Shown piece by piece: positions 56,728 through 64,000 of a DNA stretch of 64,000 nucleotides. The translations under genes and the position numbers were made by a program. Source of the stretch: a virus (taxonomy: Duplodnaviria > Caudoviricetes); IMG/VR virus record IMGVR_UViG_3300036982_000954, positions 3,907 through 67,906 of that record; one strand, given 5' to 3'. The notes beneath the pieces are model-generated. The model had not been told where the DNA came from. It saw only the letters and a program-made list of their open reading frames with translations, and did no database searches. The first letter of the stretch is position 1, and each line of letters starts with the position of its first letter.

Positions 56728-57120
56728 AGGGAAGGGCAGCCCTAGAGAAAAGGGGTTGACGCCCAGAGGCCGAAAGGCCCGAAGTTCTTTGACAATTGAA
56801 TCAGCCGGCCGGATAACAGAAAAGCCGACTCCCCTGGAGAGGCCAAATCCGGTACACCTACTGGCATATGCGGCTCGCTAGGCCAGCGAAGGTGCAAGGG
56901 AAAGTAAGGCCCGCCTCCAGTTGATAGGAACGAGCGAAACCAAGCCGGGTATGATGAAGCAAGCGAGGGAAAAAGCGCCGGGCTGACCCCCGGCCGGAAA
57001 TAGTGTGAATATTCCCGGCCGGGCAAGCTTTAGGGGAAGCAACCCGCTAAAGACACCAGAAAACAACCTGCCGCCCTATACCGCCATGGGGCAGGGTGCG
57101 CGCAAGGCCACCCTGCCCCA
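56728..57120 (+). ncRNA. candidate structured leader / ncRNA
   Basis: No credible ORF; several stems with GNRA-like loops, including 56989-57023 and a 12-bp perfect stem at 57087-57120. Confidence 0.4.
56768..56795 (+). promoter_or_regulatory. boxB-boxA-like antitermination site (rrn order)
   Basis: GGCC-GAAA-GGCC hairpin, then GTTCTTTGACAA resembling rrn boxA. Confidence 0.55.
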
Positions 57121-57132
57121 GGTTATTGACCC

Positions 57133-57178
57133 CTGACGAAAGTTGGCACCAGCCTGAAAGGAAAGGAAACCCCCGATG
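57133..57178 (+). repeat. early-region intergenic repeat, copy 1 (core AAAGTTGGCACCA at 57139)
   Basis: ctgacgaaagttggcaccagcctgaaaggaaaggaaacccccgatg. Confidence 0.9.
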
Positions 57179-57478
57179 CCAGGACTGTTTGACCCCTCCG
57201 ATTTTGCTGACCGCTTCGTGGCCTTCCCCTTCTCCGACGACGACGAGGGACACACCGAAACAGCAGATGCCCAGGCCGCCCACACCTTCGAGGATATGCT
57301 AGAACAAGGAGAGGACACCCAACAGGAATTGGCAATGGCCACCCTCCTCCCGGAAGTGCTGGAGGCATTGGAAGACCTAGTCGAGCGCTGCGACGGGAGC
57401 GCTGGTGTTCGTGCGGACGGGAGCAACATTGACACCCGCCGCGCCCATGCAGTCCTCGCCAAGTCCCGCCGAGTCTGA
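57176..57478 (+). CDS. hypothetical acidic protein
   Basis: 100 aa, strong RBS, first rightward gene. Confidence 0.75.
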   Translation: MPGLFDPSDFADRFVAFPFSDDDEGHTETADAQAAHTFEDMLEQGEDTQQELAMATLLPEVLEALEDLVERCDGSAGVRADGSNIDTRRAHAVLAKSRRV

Positions 57479-57484
57479 ACCCGC

Positions 57485-57539
57485 CGCTAACCGGGATGCC
57501 AAAGTTGGCACCACCCTGACGGAAAGGAAAGGCAACATG
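57485..57539 (+). repeat. early-region repeat, copy 2 (core at 57501)
   Basis: cgctaaccgggatgccaaagttggcaccaccctgacggaaaggaaaggcaacatg. Confidence 0.9.
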
Positions 57540-57842
57540 GATTACCAAGACATCCTGAATCAAGCGCAGCGCAAAATCGCCAACCGTTTGCAGGAGCTGT
57601 ACTATCGTTGGCTCGACGAAAGGAAGTACGAGGACTTCAAAGACTATGAGAAGGTCTTGCAGAAGTTTGCAGTATGGGCCTGCCCAAAAGGCTCCCGCGT
57701 TATCCGTTGCCAAAAGCGCCCATTCGGAGTCATCGTCCAGATTCCTAGTGTCCCCTACTATGTGTTGTTCCTGGCCACGGCCAACTATACCCAGTGGAAG
57801 CTGGTCGGGCCGGGTTGGATCCGGCCGGTCCGGCCGGGTTGA
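57537..57842 (+). CDS. hypothetical protein
   Basis: Start at MDYQD after the repeat RBS. Confidence 0.75.
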   Translation: MDYQDILNQAQRKIANRLQELYYRWLDERKYEDFKDYEKVLQKFAVWACPKGSRVIRCQKRPFGVIVQIPSVPYYVLFLATANYTQWKLVGPGWIRPVRPG

Positions 57843-57866
57843 TATCTAACAGAAAGGAAAGGTAAC

Positions 57867-58139
57867 ATGGGCTACAAATACAAGCACTACACCTGGAAAG
57901 ATTGCGGGGACGCGGCCAAGGTCGCGGCCTACCGTGCAGGACAGATAGAGGCAAAGCGTGCCATCGCCGAAAAGCACAAGGCCATTGTCCGTTATACCTC
58001 CGCGCTTGCCGACTGGAGAAAGATCAACGTCCTTTTGACGGGTGCGCTCAATGCTAAGGATAAGGCCGTCATTGATTCTGACAAGGCCGAGGCTGCTCTG
58101 CGCCGCCTGCGCCGCCTAATCCCCCGCGCGCTCCGCTAA
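57867..58139 (+). CDS. hypothetical helical protein
   Basis: 90 aa; GAAAGGAAAGG RBS. Confidence 0.75.
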   Translation: MGYKYKHYTWKDCGDAAKVAAYRAGQIEAKRAIAEKHKAIVRYTSALADWRKINVLLTGALNAKDKAVIDSDKAEAALRRLRRLIPRALR

Positions 58140-58189
58140 CCGGGATGCCAAAGTTGGCACCAGGAATGAAGGAAAGGAAACCCCCGATG
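58134..58189 (+). repeat. early-region repeat, copy 3 (core at 58150)
   Basis: cgctaaccgggatgccaaagttggcaccaggaatgaaggaaaggaaacccccgatg. Confidence 0.9.
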
Positions 58190-58470
58190 TTCAAGTCATT
58201 CCAAAAGGGCTCCTCGACCTATGTCTGCACCTCCTGCGGTAAGCGCACCCGCCACGTGGACCCCGACAACGTGAGCGACGATACCTGCGACGACTGCTAC
58301 GAGTGGCAGGGATGGGATAATGCCCATTCGATGGTGGCCACGAGAAGAACAACGACACCTGGGTTCCCGAGAACTGCCCGGTGTGCAAACACCTCCTGTT
58401 TCACCGGCACCCGAAAGAGCACAAGGACTGCCCCGGCTGCCGTGAGCTTGTGCATGTAACCGGCATCTGA
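58187..58470 (+). pseudogene. multi-CxxC Zn-binding protein gene with a 1-nt frameshift near 58328
   Basis: MFKSF..CTSC..CDDC..NAHS continues naturally in the -1 frame as DGGHEKNNDTWVPENCPVCK..DCPGC..GI, stopping at 58470 just before the next RBS. Confidence 0.6.
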
Positions 58471-58494
58471 ATCTGACGGAAAGGGAAAGTAAGT

Positions 58495-58875
58495 ATGCCC
58501 GGAAACACTCATGGAATGCACTGGATACGCGACGAGCGGAGAATTGCTATCTACGTCCGCGACCACTATCGTTGCGTATATTGCGGGGCGGGCGAACGCC
58601 TGACCCTTGACCATGTAAACCCCCGCTCTACGGCAGGAGTCCTGGGGCGGGCCAACGGGAGCGGAAACCTTGTGACCAGTTGCAGGCCCTGTAACCGCGA
58701 TAAGGGGGAGACCCGGCTAGGACGCTGGGTCCGCCGCCGCTTTAACGGTACAGCCCCGCAAATCATATCCCACGTGGCCCAGCAAGTGGGCCAACCCATT
58801 GACCTTGGACGGGCGAAGCAACTAATCTCCAAATATGGGAGGGCGAACGTCGTCCTTGGCCACCGTACCCGCTAA
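58495..58875 (+). CDS. HNH endonuclease
   Basis: IYVRDHYRCVYCG, LTLDHV, NLVTSCRPCNRDKG. Confidence 0.9.
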   Translation: MPGNTHGMHWIRDERRIAIYVRDHYRCVYCGAGERLTLDHVNPRSTAGVLGRANGSGNLVTSCRPCNRDKGETRLGRWVRRRFNGTAPQIISHVAQQVGQPIDLGRAKQLISKYGRANVVLGHRTR

Positions 58876-58922
58876 CCGCTGACGAAAGTTGGCACCAGCC
58901 TGACGGAAAGGGAAAAGGAATG
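58870..58922 (+). repeat. early-region repeat, copy 4 (core at 58885)
   Basis: cgctaaccgctgacgaaagttggcaccagcctgacggaaagggaaaaggaatg. Confidence 0.9.
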
Positions 58923-59246
58923 AAACGCAAAGCCGCCCCCACCGCTAACGAGATTATCCAAGCTCACACCGACCACGCCTTAGCCCTGGCCGACGCTAAT
59001 GCCAAAGCTGCTGCCCGCATAACCGCACGGGAAAACGCAAAAGCTGCGGACGAACTCGTCAAGAACGCCAGATATGCGGCCAACGAGGTCAACCACATTT
59101 TGGCAGACGCCCTGGATGCCGCCTTCGCCGCCCATAAGAAAGTCACCTACCTTCGTGGTGCACACAGCCTCGCCGTCTCCCGCCTCCTTAGTACCGGCAG
59201 AACCCTGCGCAAGCTGACCCAAGCCCCCACCAAAAAGGAGTCCTGA
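58920..59246 (+). CDS. Ala-rich helical hypothetical protein
   Basis: 108 aa after the repeat RBS. Confidence 0.75.
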   Translation: MKRKAAPTANEIIQAHTDHALALADANAKAAARITARENAKAADELVKNARYAANEVNHILADALDAAFAAHKKVTYLRGAHSLAVSRLLSTGRTLRKLTQAPTKKES

Positions 59247-59248
59247 CC

Positions 59249-59584
59249 ATGCCTACCCTACACCGAGTTGCTCAAGGCAGTATCAGTTGGGGCACCCTGC
59301 GCACCCAGGACTTGCTGGAGGCCTTCTCCGATGCCCTGTTCGATTTGGCGACGGACAACCCCGACCGGGAGGTGAAGTACGAGCATCTGCGGCTGGTGCT
59401 TACCGCACAATCCACCCGGAAGGAGTACGGGGACGGTAACTGCCACGACGACGTCCGCGAGGCGGCCAGCCTCCTGGTCAACGAGGAGTTGCCGGACGCC
59501 CTGAACGAATACGCCCCGGAGGGGTGGTATTTCGGGTCGCATCCCGGCGATGGTTCGGATTTCGGCTTCTGGCCTGAAGAGTGA
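59249..59584 (+). CDS. conserved phage hypothetical protein
   Basis: SISWGTLRTQDL...APEGWYFGSHPGDGSDFGFW; AAGGAG RBS. Confidence 0.75.
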   Translation: MPTLHRVAQGSISWGTLRTQDLLEAFSDALFDLATDNPDREVKYEHLRLVLTAQSTRKEYGDGNCHDDVREAASLLVNEELPDALNEYAPEGWYFGSHPGDGSDFGFWPEE

Positions 59585-59617
59585 TACAACGACTCAACCA
59601 AAAGAGGCAAGACCACA

Positions 59618-60259
59618 ATGAACATCATCAAACACTGCTACACCGATGCGGTGATCGCGACCGGAGAGGAATCCGTCAAGTCCTTGGCGGAAAAGAACAG
59701 CGCTAACCTGAGCGGGGCTAACCTGAGCGGGGCTAACCTGTACGGGGCTGACCTGCACGGGGCTGACCTGAGCGGGGCTAACCTGTACGGGGCTAACCTG
59801 CACGGGGCTGACCTGAGCGGGGCTAACCTGAGCGGGGCTAACCTGAGCGAGGCTTACCTGCACGGGGCTGACCTGAGCGGGGCTAACCTGTACAGGGCTG
59901 ACCTGAGCGGGGCTAACCTGCACGGGGCTAACCTGAGCGGGGCTAACCTGTACGGGGCTAACCTGTACAGGGCTGACCTGAGCGGGGCTAACCTGTACGG
60001 GGCTGACCTCAACTGGTCGAGCCATTATCTGATCGCTGCAATCCTCCACCAGAACGCAGGCTGCAGCGTTCCGAAACGTATGATCGCCGGCCTAATCCTG
60101 GTCAGCCGCGACTGGTGTTGGTCTGCGTTTCTCAAACTACGACTGAAGGAGCGTCGCTGGGCTATCGAGACACTCGCCAAGCTAGGTACGAAGAAAAGTC
60201 CTGTGCCAGAACTGCTCGCTCGCGCCGCAAAGAACCTCAAACCCAAGAAGGGAAACTGA
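59618..60259 (+). CDS. pentapeptide repeat protein
   Basis: A(N/D)L(S/Y/H)G repeats. Confidence 0.9.
   Translation: MNIIKHCYTDAVIATGEESVKSLAEKNSANLSGANLSGANLYGADLHGADLSGANLYGANLHGADLSGANLSGANLSEAYLHGADLSGANLYRADLSGANLHGANLSGANLYGANLYRADLSGANLYGADLNWSSHYLIAAILHQNAGCSVPKRMIAGLILVSRDWCWSAFLKLRLKERRWAIETLAKLGTKKSPVPELLARAAKNLKPKKGN
59702..60010 (+). repeat. 15-bp tandem array, 20 full units plus one partial
   Basis: gct(a/g)acctg(agc/tac/cac)ggg units counted from the sequence. Confidence 0.95.
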
Positions 60260-60261
60260 CC

Positions 60262-60468
60262 ATGTCCACCAAAAAGCACAAGATGAACGCCGACGCCAAG
60301 GTTCTGTGGAAGACCCGCAGAATTATCAACCGGGCGGCGTTTGACCTGACCCTGATCGAAGCCCACCTGCCCTCCATCGCTCGGGGGGCACACAAAGACA
60401 TCGAGGAGGTGATGGATCGGCTGAATCACATCGACGACCAACTCCTGCAAATCCTGAAGGGACTCTGA
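60262..60468 (+). CDS. small helical protein
   Basis: Start at MSTKK (GAAGGGA RBS). Confidence 0.7.
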   Translation: MSTKKHKMNADAKVLWKTRRIINRAAFDLTLIEAHLPSIARGAHKDIEEVMDRLNHIDDQLLQILKGL

Positions 60469-60486
60469 ACGGAAAGGGAAAGGAAA

Positions 60487-60768
60487 ATGGACCAGTGTCC
60501 GAACTGTCTCATCCCAGCAACTGTCCTTCCTACTACCCGGCAGATTCGCTGTACCCAGTGCGGTGGGACCGAGCACATCGGTCCCACCGGCCCGTATTGG
60601 GAATGGCACTGCCAAAGGTGCGAGAAGGACGTCCCGCCCGGCCAACTGGTCGCCGGAGAGATTCCACACTTGTGCCAGGAATGCGAGGAGGACTACGCGA
60701 ACACCCAAGTCGTCCAGGGTGCTATCTGCATGGTCTGCCACCAACCCATGATTCGCTGCAACTGCTGA
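60487..60768 (+). CDS. Zn-ribbon protein (five CxxC-type pairs)
   Basis: CPNC, CTQC, CQRC, CQEC, CMVC..CNC. Confidence 0.75.
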   Translation: MDQCPNCLIPATVLPTTRQIRCTQCGGTEHIGPTGPYWEWHCQRCEKDVPPGQLVAGEIPHLCQECEEDYANTQVVQGAICMVCHQPMIRCNC

Positions 60769-60805
60769 CGAAAAGTTGGCACCAGCCTGAGAGGAAAGTC
60801 CCATG
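60764..60805 (+). repeat. early-region repeat, copy 5 (core at 60772)
   Basis: gctgacgaaaagttggcaccagcctgagaggaaagtcccatg. Confidence 0.9.
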
Positions 60806-62188
60806 AGTGATTCCCCTGTTCCTACCGCGACCCCCGCCCCGACCCAGCCGCCCCCGCCGCAGAAGGAAACCCCGCCGACGCCCATCGCAGAGGCCCTGGC
60901 CAAAGCCGAGGAGGCAAAGAAGAAAGTGGAGGAGAAGGAACTCCTCCGCGTCCGTGAAACCTACAACCCGACCCCCCGTTCGTTGGAAACCATGAAGCAC
61001 AAAGGAAAGGCCACCCCGATGAAAAAGAAGAGCACCCCGAAGAAGGCCGCTGTCACCAAGAAGGCCCAGCCCAGGAAGGCCACCCCGAAGAAGAAGGTCG
61101 TGGCCCCCAAAAAGGCTGCCCCGCCGAAGTTGACTGCTGCGGCCTGCGCGTCGTCCTGGAAGGTCCACAGCCTCTCTGTCCCTCCCACACCTCCCCTGCC
61201 CCTCCTGCGCGCCCTGCGGGAGAAGCTGCTCAACCGCTTCTACTTCTCCAAAATGCGGGGCGACTTGAAACCGGCCGGCGTTTGGTGGACTGGCCGGGGT
61301 ACGGCCATGTACTACATCTTCCTCCACCGCCCCGAAATGATGGGGCTGCCGGCGAGCACCAAGCCGGCCCTGAAGGCCATGTCTCACGCGGTCGGGAGGC
61401 TGCCCGAATTGGGAACGGACAAGAAGGTCAAAACCATCCTGGAGGTCCAGGTGCCCCGGATCGTATACTACGGGGTGGAGGTGCGACCCACCGCGAAGCT
61501 CCTCCAGATCGTGGAGAACGATCTGAAGCTGTCCCGGCGCCGGCACAAGCGGGCGGAGAAGAAAGAGGCGGAAGTGAAGCGCGCCCCCAGCGTCAAGAAG
61601 CCCTCCAAACACTTCAAGAATGCGCGGACGCGCATCGAGTCGGTGGACGCGCCCGAGCATGATTTGAAGACCGCGCTGCACGAGCCGACGATCTTCCACA
61701 AGCTGGCCCGGCTGAACGACCTGGACCGCTTTTCGGAAGTCTCCCACCTGCTGAAGGACCGGCGGAATCCGATGGACATTAACTCCCGTGACAAAGGGGG
61801 GTGGACCGCGTTGCATTGCGCGGCCCGCTGGTCCGGAACCCCGATGCTGGTCAAGCTGCTCAAGGTCGGCTCCAATCCCAAGCTGCGGACCAAGAACAAC
61901 CTGACCCTGCTGCATTGCGCGGCAATGAACGACGATACCGAAGGCCCGATTGTGTGCCTCCACACCCTGGAGCCCAAGCTGTTCGATCAGATGCTGGAGG
62001 CGCGTGACCGAGACGGGCGCACCCCGTTGCACTACGCTGCTGACGCGGAGAACCTTCGCGCAGTCAAGGCGTTGCTGGATCGCGGGGCGGACAAGACCGC
62101 CACGGACAAGGAAGGCCGCACCCCGCGGCAGTACATTCCGATTGAGAATATTGGCATCATGCAACTCCTGGGCCGCCGCACCAAGTAA
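60803..62188 (+). CDS. ankyrin repeat protein with Pro- and Lys/Ala-rich N-terminus
   Basis: DKGGWTALHCAA, NNLTLLHCAA, DGRTPLHYAA, DKEGRTP. Confidence 0.9.
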   Translation: MSDSPVPTATPAPTQPPPPQKETPPTPIAEALAKAEEAKKKVEEKELLRVRETYNPTPRSLETMKHKGKATPMKKKSTPKKAAVTKKAQPRKATPKKKVVAPKKAAPPKLTAAACASSWKVHSLSVPPTPPLPLLRALREKLLNRFYFSKMRGDLKPAGVWWTGRGTAMYYIFLHRPEMMGLPASTKPALKAMSHAVGRLPELGTDKKVKTILEVQVPRIVYYGVEVRPTAKLLQIVENDLKLSRRRHKRAEKKEAEVKRAPSVKKPSKHFKNARTRIESVDAPEHDLKTALHEPTIFHKLARLNDLDRFSEVSHLLKDRRNPMDINSRDKGGWTALHCAARWSGTPMLVKLLKVGSNPKLRTKNNLTLLHCAAMNDDTEGPIVCLHTLEPKLFDQMLEARDRDGRTPLHYAADAENLRAVKALLDRGADKTATDKEGRTPRQYIPIENIGIMQLLGRRTK

Positions 62189-62218
62189 CCCCAACAGACA
62201 CCAAGTAACCCCAACAGA
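62179..62218 (+). repeat. perfect 20-bp tandem duplication
   Basis: caccaagtaaccccaacaga twice, spanning the ankyrin stop codon. Confidence 0.95.
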
Positions 62219-62229
62219 AAGACTGACCC

Positions 62230-62517
62230 ATGAACCGGCAAGAACAGATCGCTCAGTACACGAAGGAACTCCACAAGGCCCTGCTGGAGGCGCTGCCGAA
62301 GCACCCCGGCCACCCCTTCGAGGCCCTGGAAGAAGTGGCGAAGGAAAAGGAGATCATCCCGGAGGGTGAGAAAAAGTACTCCCTCCGGGGCTACTACAAA
62401 CTGTACCCCCAACGCCGGGAACTGGTCCGGGCCATTCTCACCCAGTGGCAGGTAAACTACCGGGGGGAAGGTATGGCCACCCAGTTGTGGGATAGCTGGG
62501 CGAAGGGCAAGTCCTGA
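62230..62517 (+). CDS. hypothetical protein
   Basis: 95 aa with GC3 bias. Confidence 0.75.
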   Translation: MNRQEQIAQYTKELHKALLEALPKHPGHPFEALEEVAKEKEIIPEGEKKYSLRGYYKLYPQRRELVRAILTQWQVNYRGEGMATQLWDSWAKGKS

Positions 62518-62645
62518 TGATTACCCTGTTGCAACTCGCCGTGGCCTTTCTGCTGGCCTTTCTCATCAGCTGCGCGGGCCTCTCGCTGTGGGAGTTCTGC
62601 CGGGATGCGAACCGGCAGATTAACCGAGGAGACGACGAACAGTGA
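62517..62645 (+). CDS. 42-aa membrane peptide (absent from the ORF track)
   Basis: MITLLQLAVAFLLAFLISCAGLSLWEF...; TGATG and GTGA overlaps on both sides. Confidence 0.6.
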   Translation: MITLLQLAVAFLLAFLISCAGLSLWEFCRDANRQINRGDDEQ

Positions 62646-63412
62646 CCGTCCTACCCTACCAAGAGTTGTGGTGGGCGTTGCCCGAACTCGACCGGGTGCG
62701 CCCTTCCCACTGGTCCTTCTGTTCCGAGCGCGGGCGGGTTTCCGTCACCGCCCACCGCCGGGAAGAGGAAGTGACCTATCTCTTCAAGAACCCCCTAGAG
62801 TGCGAGGAGACACCGAAGCGCCGTGTCTGGCAATTCCAAAATGCCTCCCTCCGTCCTTTCCTTCGCCCGGACGAGGGCGGTGAGAAAGAACTGGTCCTGG
62901 TCAAAAAGGACGGCCGTTCGTTCCTTTACATGAAGGTATCCCACAACAAGGAGATCCATATTAGTGGGAATCAAACGGGAATCCCGCTTGGTTCCTTCCC
63001 CCATCCCCTGCCCCGCCGGACTATGAAATACTCTGACAGGGCTCCCCACTGGTGGGAGTGCTTCCGCGAGGCAGCCCGCTTCGTCGGTGAAGACCGGCAG
63101 TACACCGTCTCTGCAAGGGCCACCCCAACCATCATACCCCTAAGCTACATCCACTACAACTATCGGTGGCTCAAGGCCTCCGACGGCCAACGGGCCGTGA
63201 CCCTGATGTGTGTTGACTCCGTCGCCTTCGAGCACGAGGGCGGGGCGTTCAACATCCGGCCCACCCCGTATCTGCTGAGTAAGAGGAGCACCTTCCCCTT
63301 TGCTAAGATACTGGGGGTGGACCGACACGCCGAGTATCTGATGTTCTGCGCGAAGCCCTGGTACTATTCCCTACCCATCAACTACTGGCCGTATCCTTCG
63401 GCCACCTTCTAG
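62642..63412 (+). CDS. hypothetical protein
   Basis: 256 aa, GTG start with GAGGAG RBS. Confidence 0.7.
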   Translation: MTVLPYQELWWALPELDRVRPSHWSFCSERGRVSVTAHRREEEVTYLFKNPLECEETPKRRVWQFQNASLRPFLRPDEGGEKELVLVKKDGRSFLYMKVSHNKEIHISGNQTGIPLGSFPHPLPRRTMKYSDRAPHWWECFREAARFVGEDRQYTVSARATPTIIPLSYIHYNYRWLKASDGQRAVTLMCVDSVAFEHEGGAFNIRPTPYLLSKRSTFPFAKILGVDRHAEYLMFCAKPWYYSLPINYWPYPSATF

Positions 63413-63421
63413 GAGTGCTGA

Positions 63422-63646
63422 ATGAAAAAGAAAGCCAAGGTTAAGGCCGCCGCCCCGCCCAAAAACCCCACAATCTGTTTTTGGTTGCTGGAGGCGTTCC
63501 CCGCCGACGTGAAACACCGAATCAAGGTACTCGCCTGCGAAAGTGGCCTCAAAACCGCCGAGGTAACGGCCACCATGCTTCAGTCCTGGCTCCAGGACTA
63601 TGCGGGCAAGGAACTTGAAACTTTGAAAGCAAGGATGGTCAAATGA
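63422..63646 (+). CDS. small hypothetical protein, possibly DNA-binding
   Basis: 74 aa; AGGAG RBS. Confidence 0.65.
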   Translation: MKKKAKVKAAAPPKNPTICFWLLEAFPADVKHRIKVLACESGLKTAEVTATMLQSWLQDYAGKELETLKARMVK

Positions 63647-64000
63647 AGCGACGCCCCCAGTACGGTGACTATAGCGACATGCTACATCACCTAGCCTGGA
63701 AGTGGTCCTACGGCGGCGGCGCCGACCACGATACGCTCATGGCCGTGGCGCACACCGCGTTCATGGACGCCTGCAACACCTACCACTCCAAGAAAGGATC
63801 GTTCAGCCATTGGCTGTTCACCGTGGTCAGCAACCGCCTGAATGACTTCACGCAAAGGTGGAATAAAGTTATACCCTCCGATACCGAGACGGTCTTCCTG
63901 GCCGATCTGATTGTGAACCGCCACCCTGAGTGGGAACCGCGGCGGCGGTGCGCCTTCCGGCTCCGCCTGTCCCTGCTCAGCAACGAAGCCCACTACGTCG
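63643..64000 (+). CDS. sigma-70-like factor (region 2), truncated by the window end; absent from the ORF track
   Basis: ATGA overlap; MLHHLAWKW...DHDTLMAVAHTAFMDACNTYHSKKGSFSHWLFTVVSNRLNDF fits the sigma region 2 pattern. Confidence 0.65.
   Translation, partial: MKRRPQYGDYSDMLHHLAWKWSYGGGADHDTLMAVAHTAFMDACNTYHSKKGSFSHWLFTVVSNRLNDFTQRWNKVIPSDTETVFLADLIVNRHPEWEPRRRCAFRLRLSLLSNEAHYV

Noticed and set aside
57133-57160. Hammerhead ribozyme core (CUGACGA-stem-GAAA) in repeat copy 1
   Set aside because: No stem I or stem III with a properly placed NUH site can be built; copies 2 and 3 lack CUGANGA and copy 4 has extra bases before GAAA.
57139-60790. Sigma-54 promoters (TTGGCAC) in the early repeats
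   Set aside because: The -24 element matches, but the -12 position reads TGAA, TGAC, ATGA or TGAG rather than TTGC, and the invariant GC is missing.
60791-60801. RNase P RNA 5' signature GAGGAAAGTCC
   Set aside because: It is the RBS part of repeat copy 5, directly followed by an ATG and a long ORF; no other RNase P elements.
57133-60805. CRISPR array
   Set aside because: Repeats are degenerate and separated by whole genes of 300-1900 bp, not 30-40 bp spacers; no cas genes.

Overview
The whole window reads as part of a tailed dsDNA phage genome; no host housekeeping genes are visible. It is probably a siphovirus, since it has a tail tube and tape measure but no sheath. Layout: the end of a rightward gene run (1-1309), then a ~55 kb leftward block (56462 down to 1345), a divergent control region (56463-57175), and a rightward run of small early-type genes ending in a truncated sigma-70-like gene (57176-64000). 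The leftward block runs, in transcription order: primase, helicase, UDG-exonuclease, PolA, clamp and loader, SSB, RecA, methyltransferases, split SbcCD, terminase, portal, head, a 9.2 kb glycan-modification island, then tail genes. Most notable: (1) an apparent capsid-cargo system. Three head-region proteins carry the same 20-aa tag GGxGSGNFGHAGRPGEVGGS, three share an N-terminal MKTxxxQxxR leader, and many head proteins share a hydrophobic-x-T-(N/L/H) putative maturation site. The cargo includes an ADP-ribosyltransferase, a GNAT, a zincin peptidase and a PD-(D/E)XK nuclease. (2) A ten-gene glycosyl/pyruvyl/methyl/sulfo-transferase island next to the capsid gene, including a plant RGP/UDP-arabinopyranose mutase (GT75) homolog, plus a GT2-TPR enzyme beside a Thr-rich collagen fibre. 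(3) A cassette-like early region punctuated by a conserved intergenic repeat and preceded by an rrn-type boxB-boxA and a hairpin-rich leader. All family assignments come from motifs recognised by eye; no database search was run, and several start codons were re-chosen from RBS and overlap logic.
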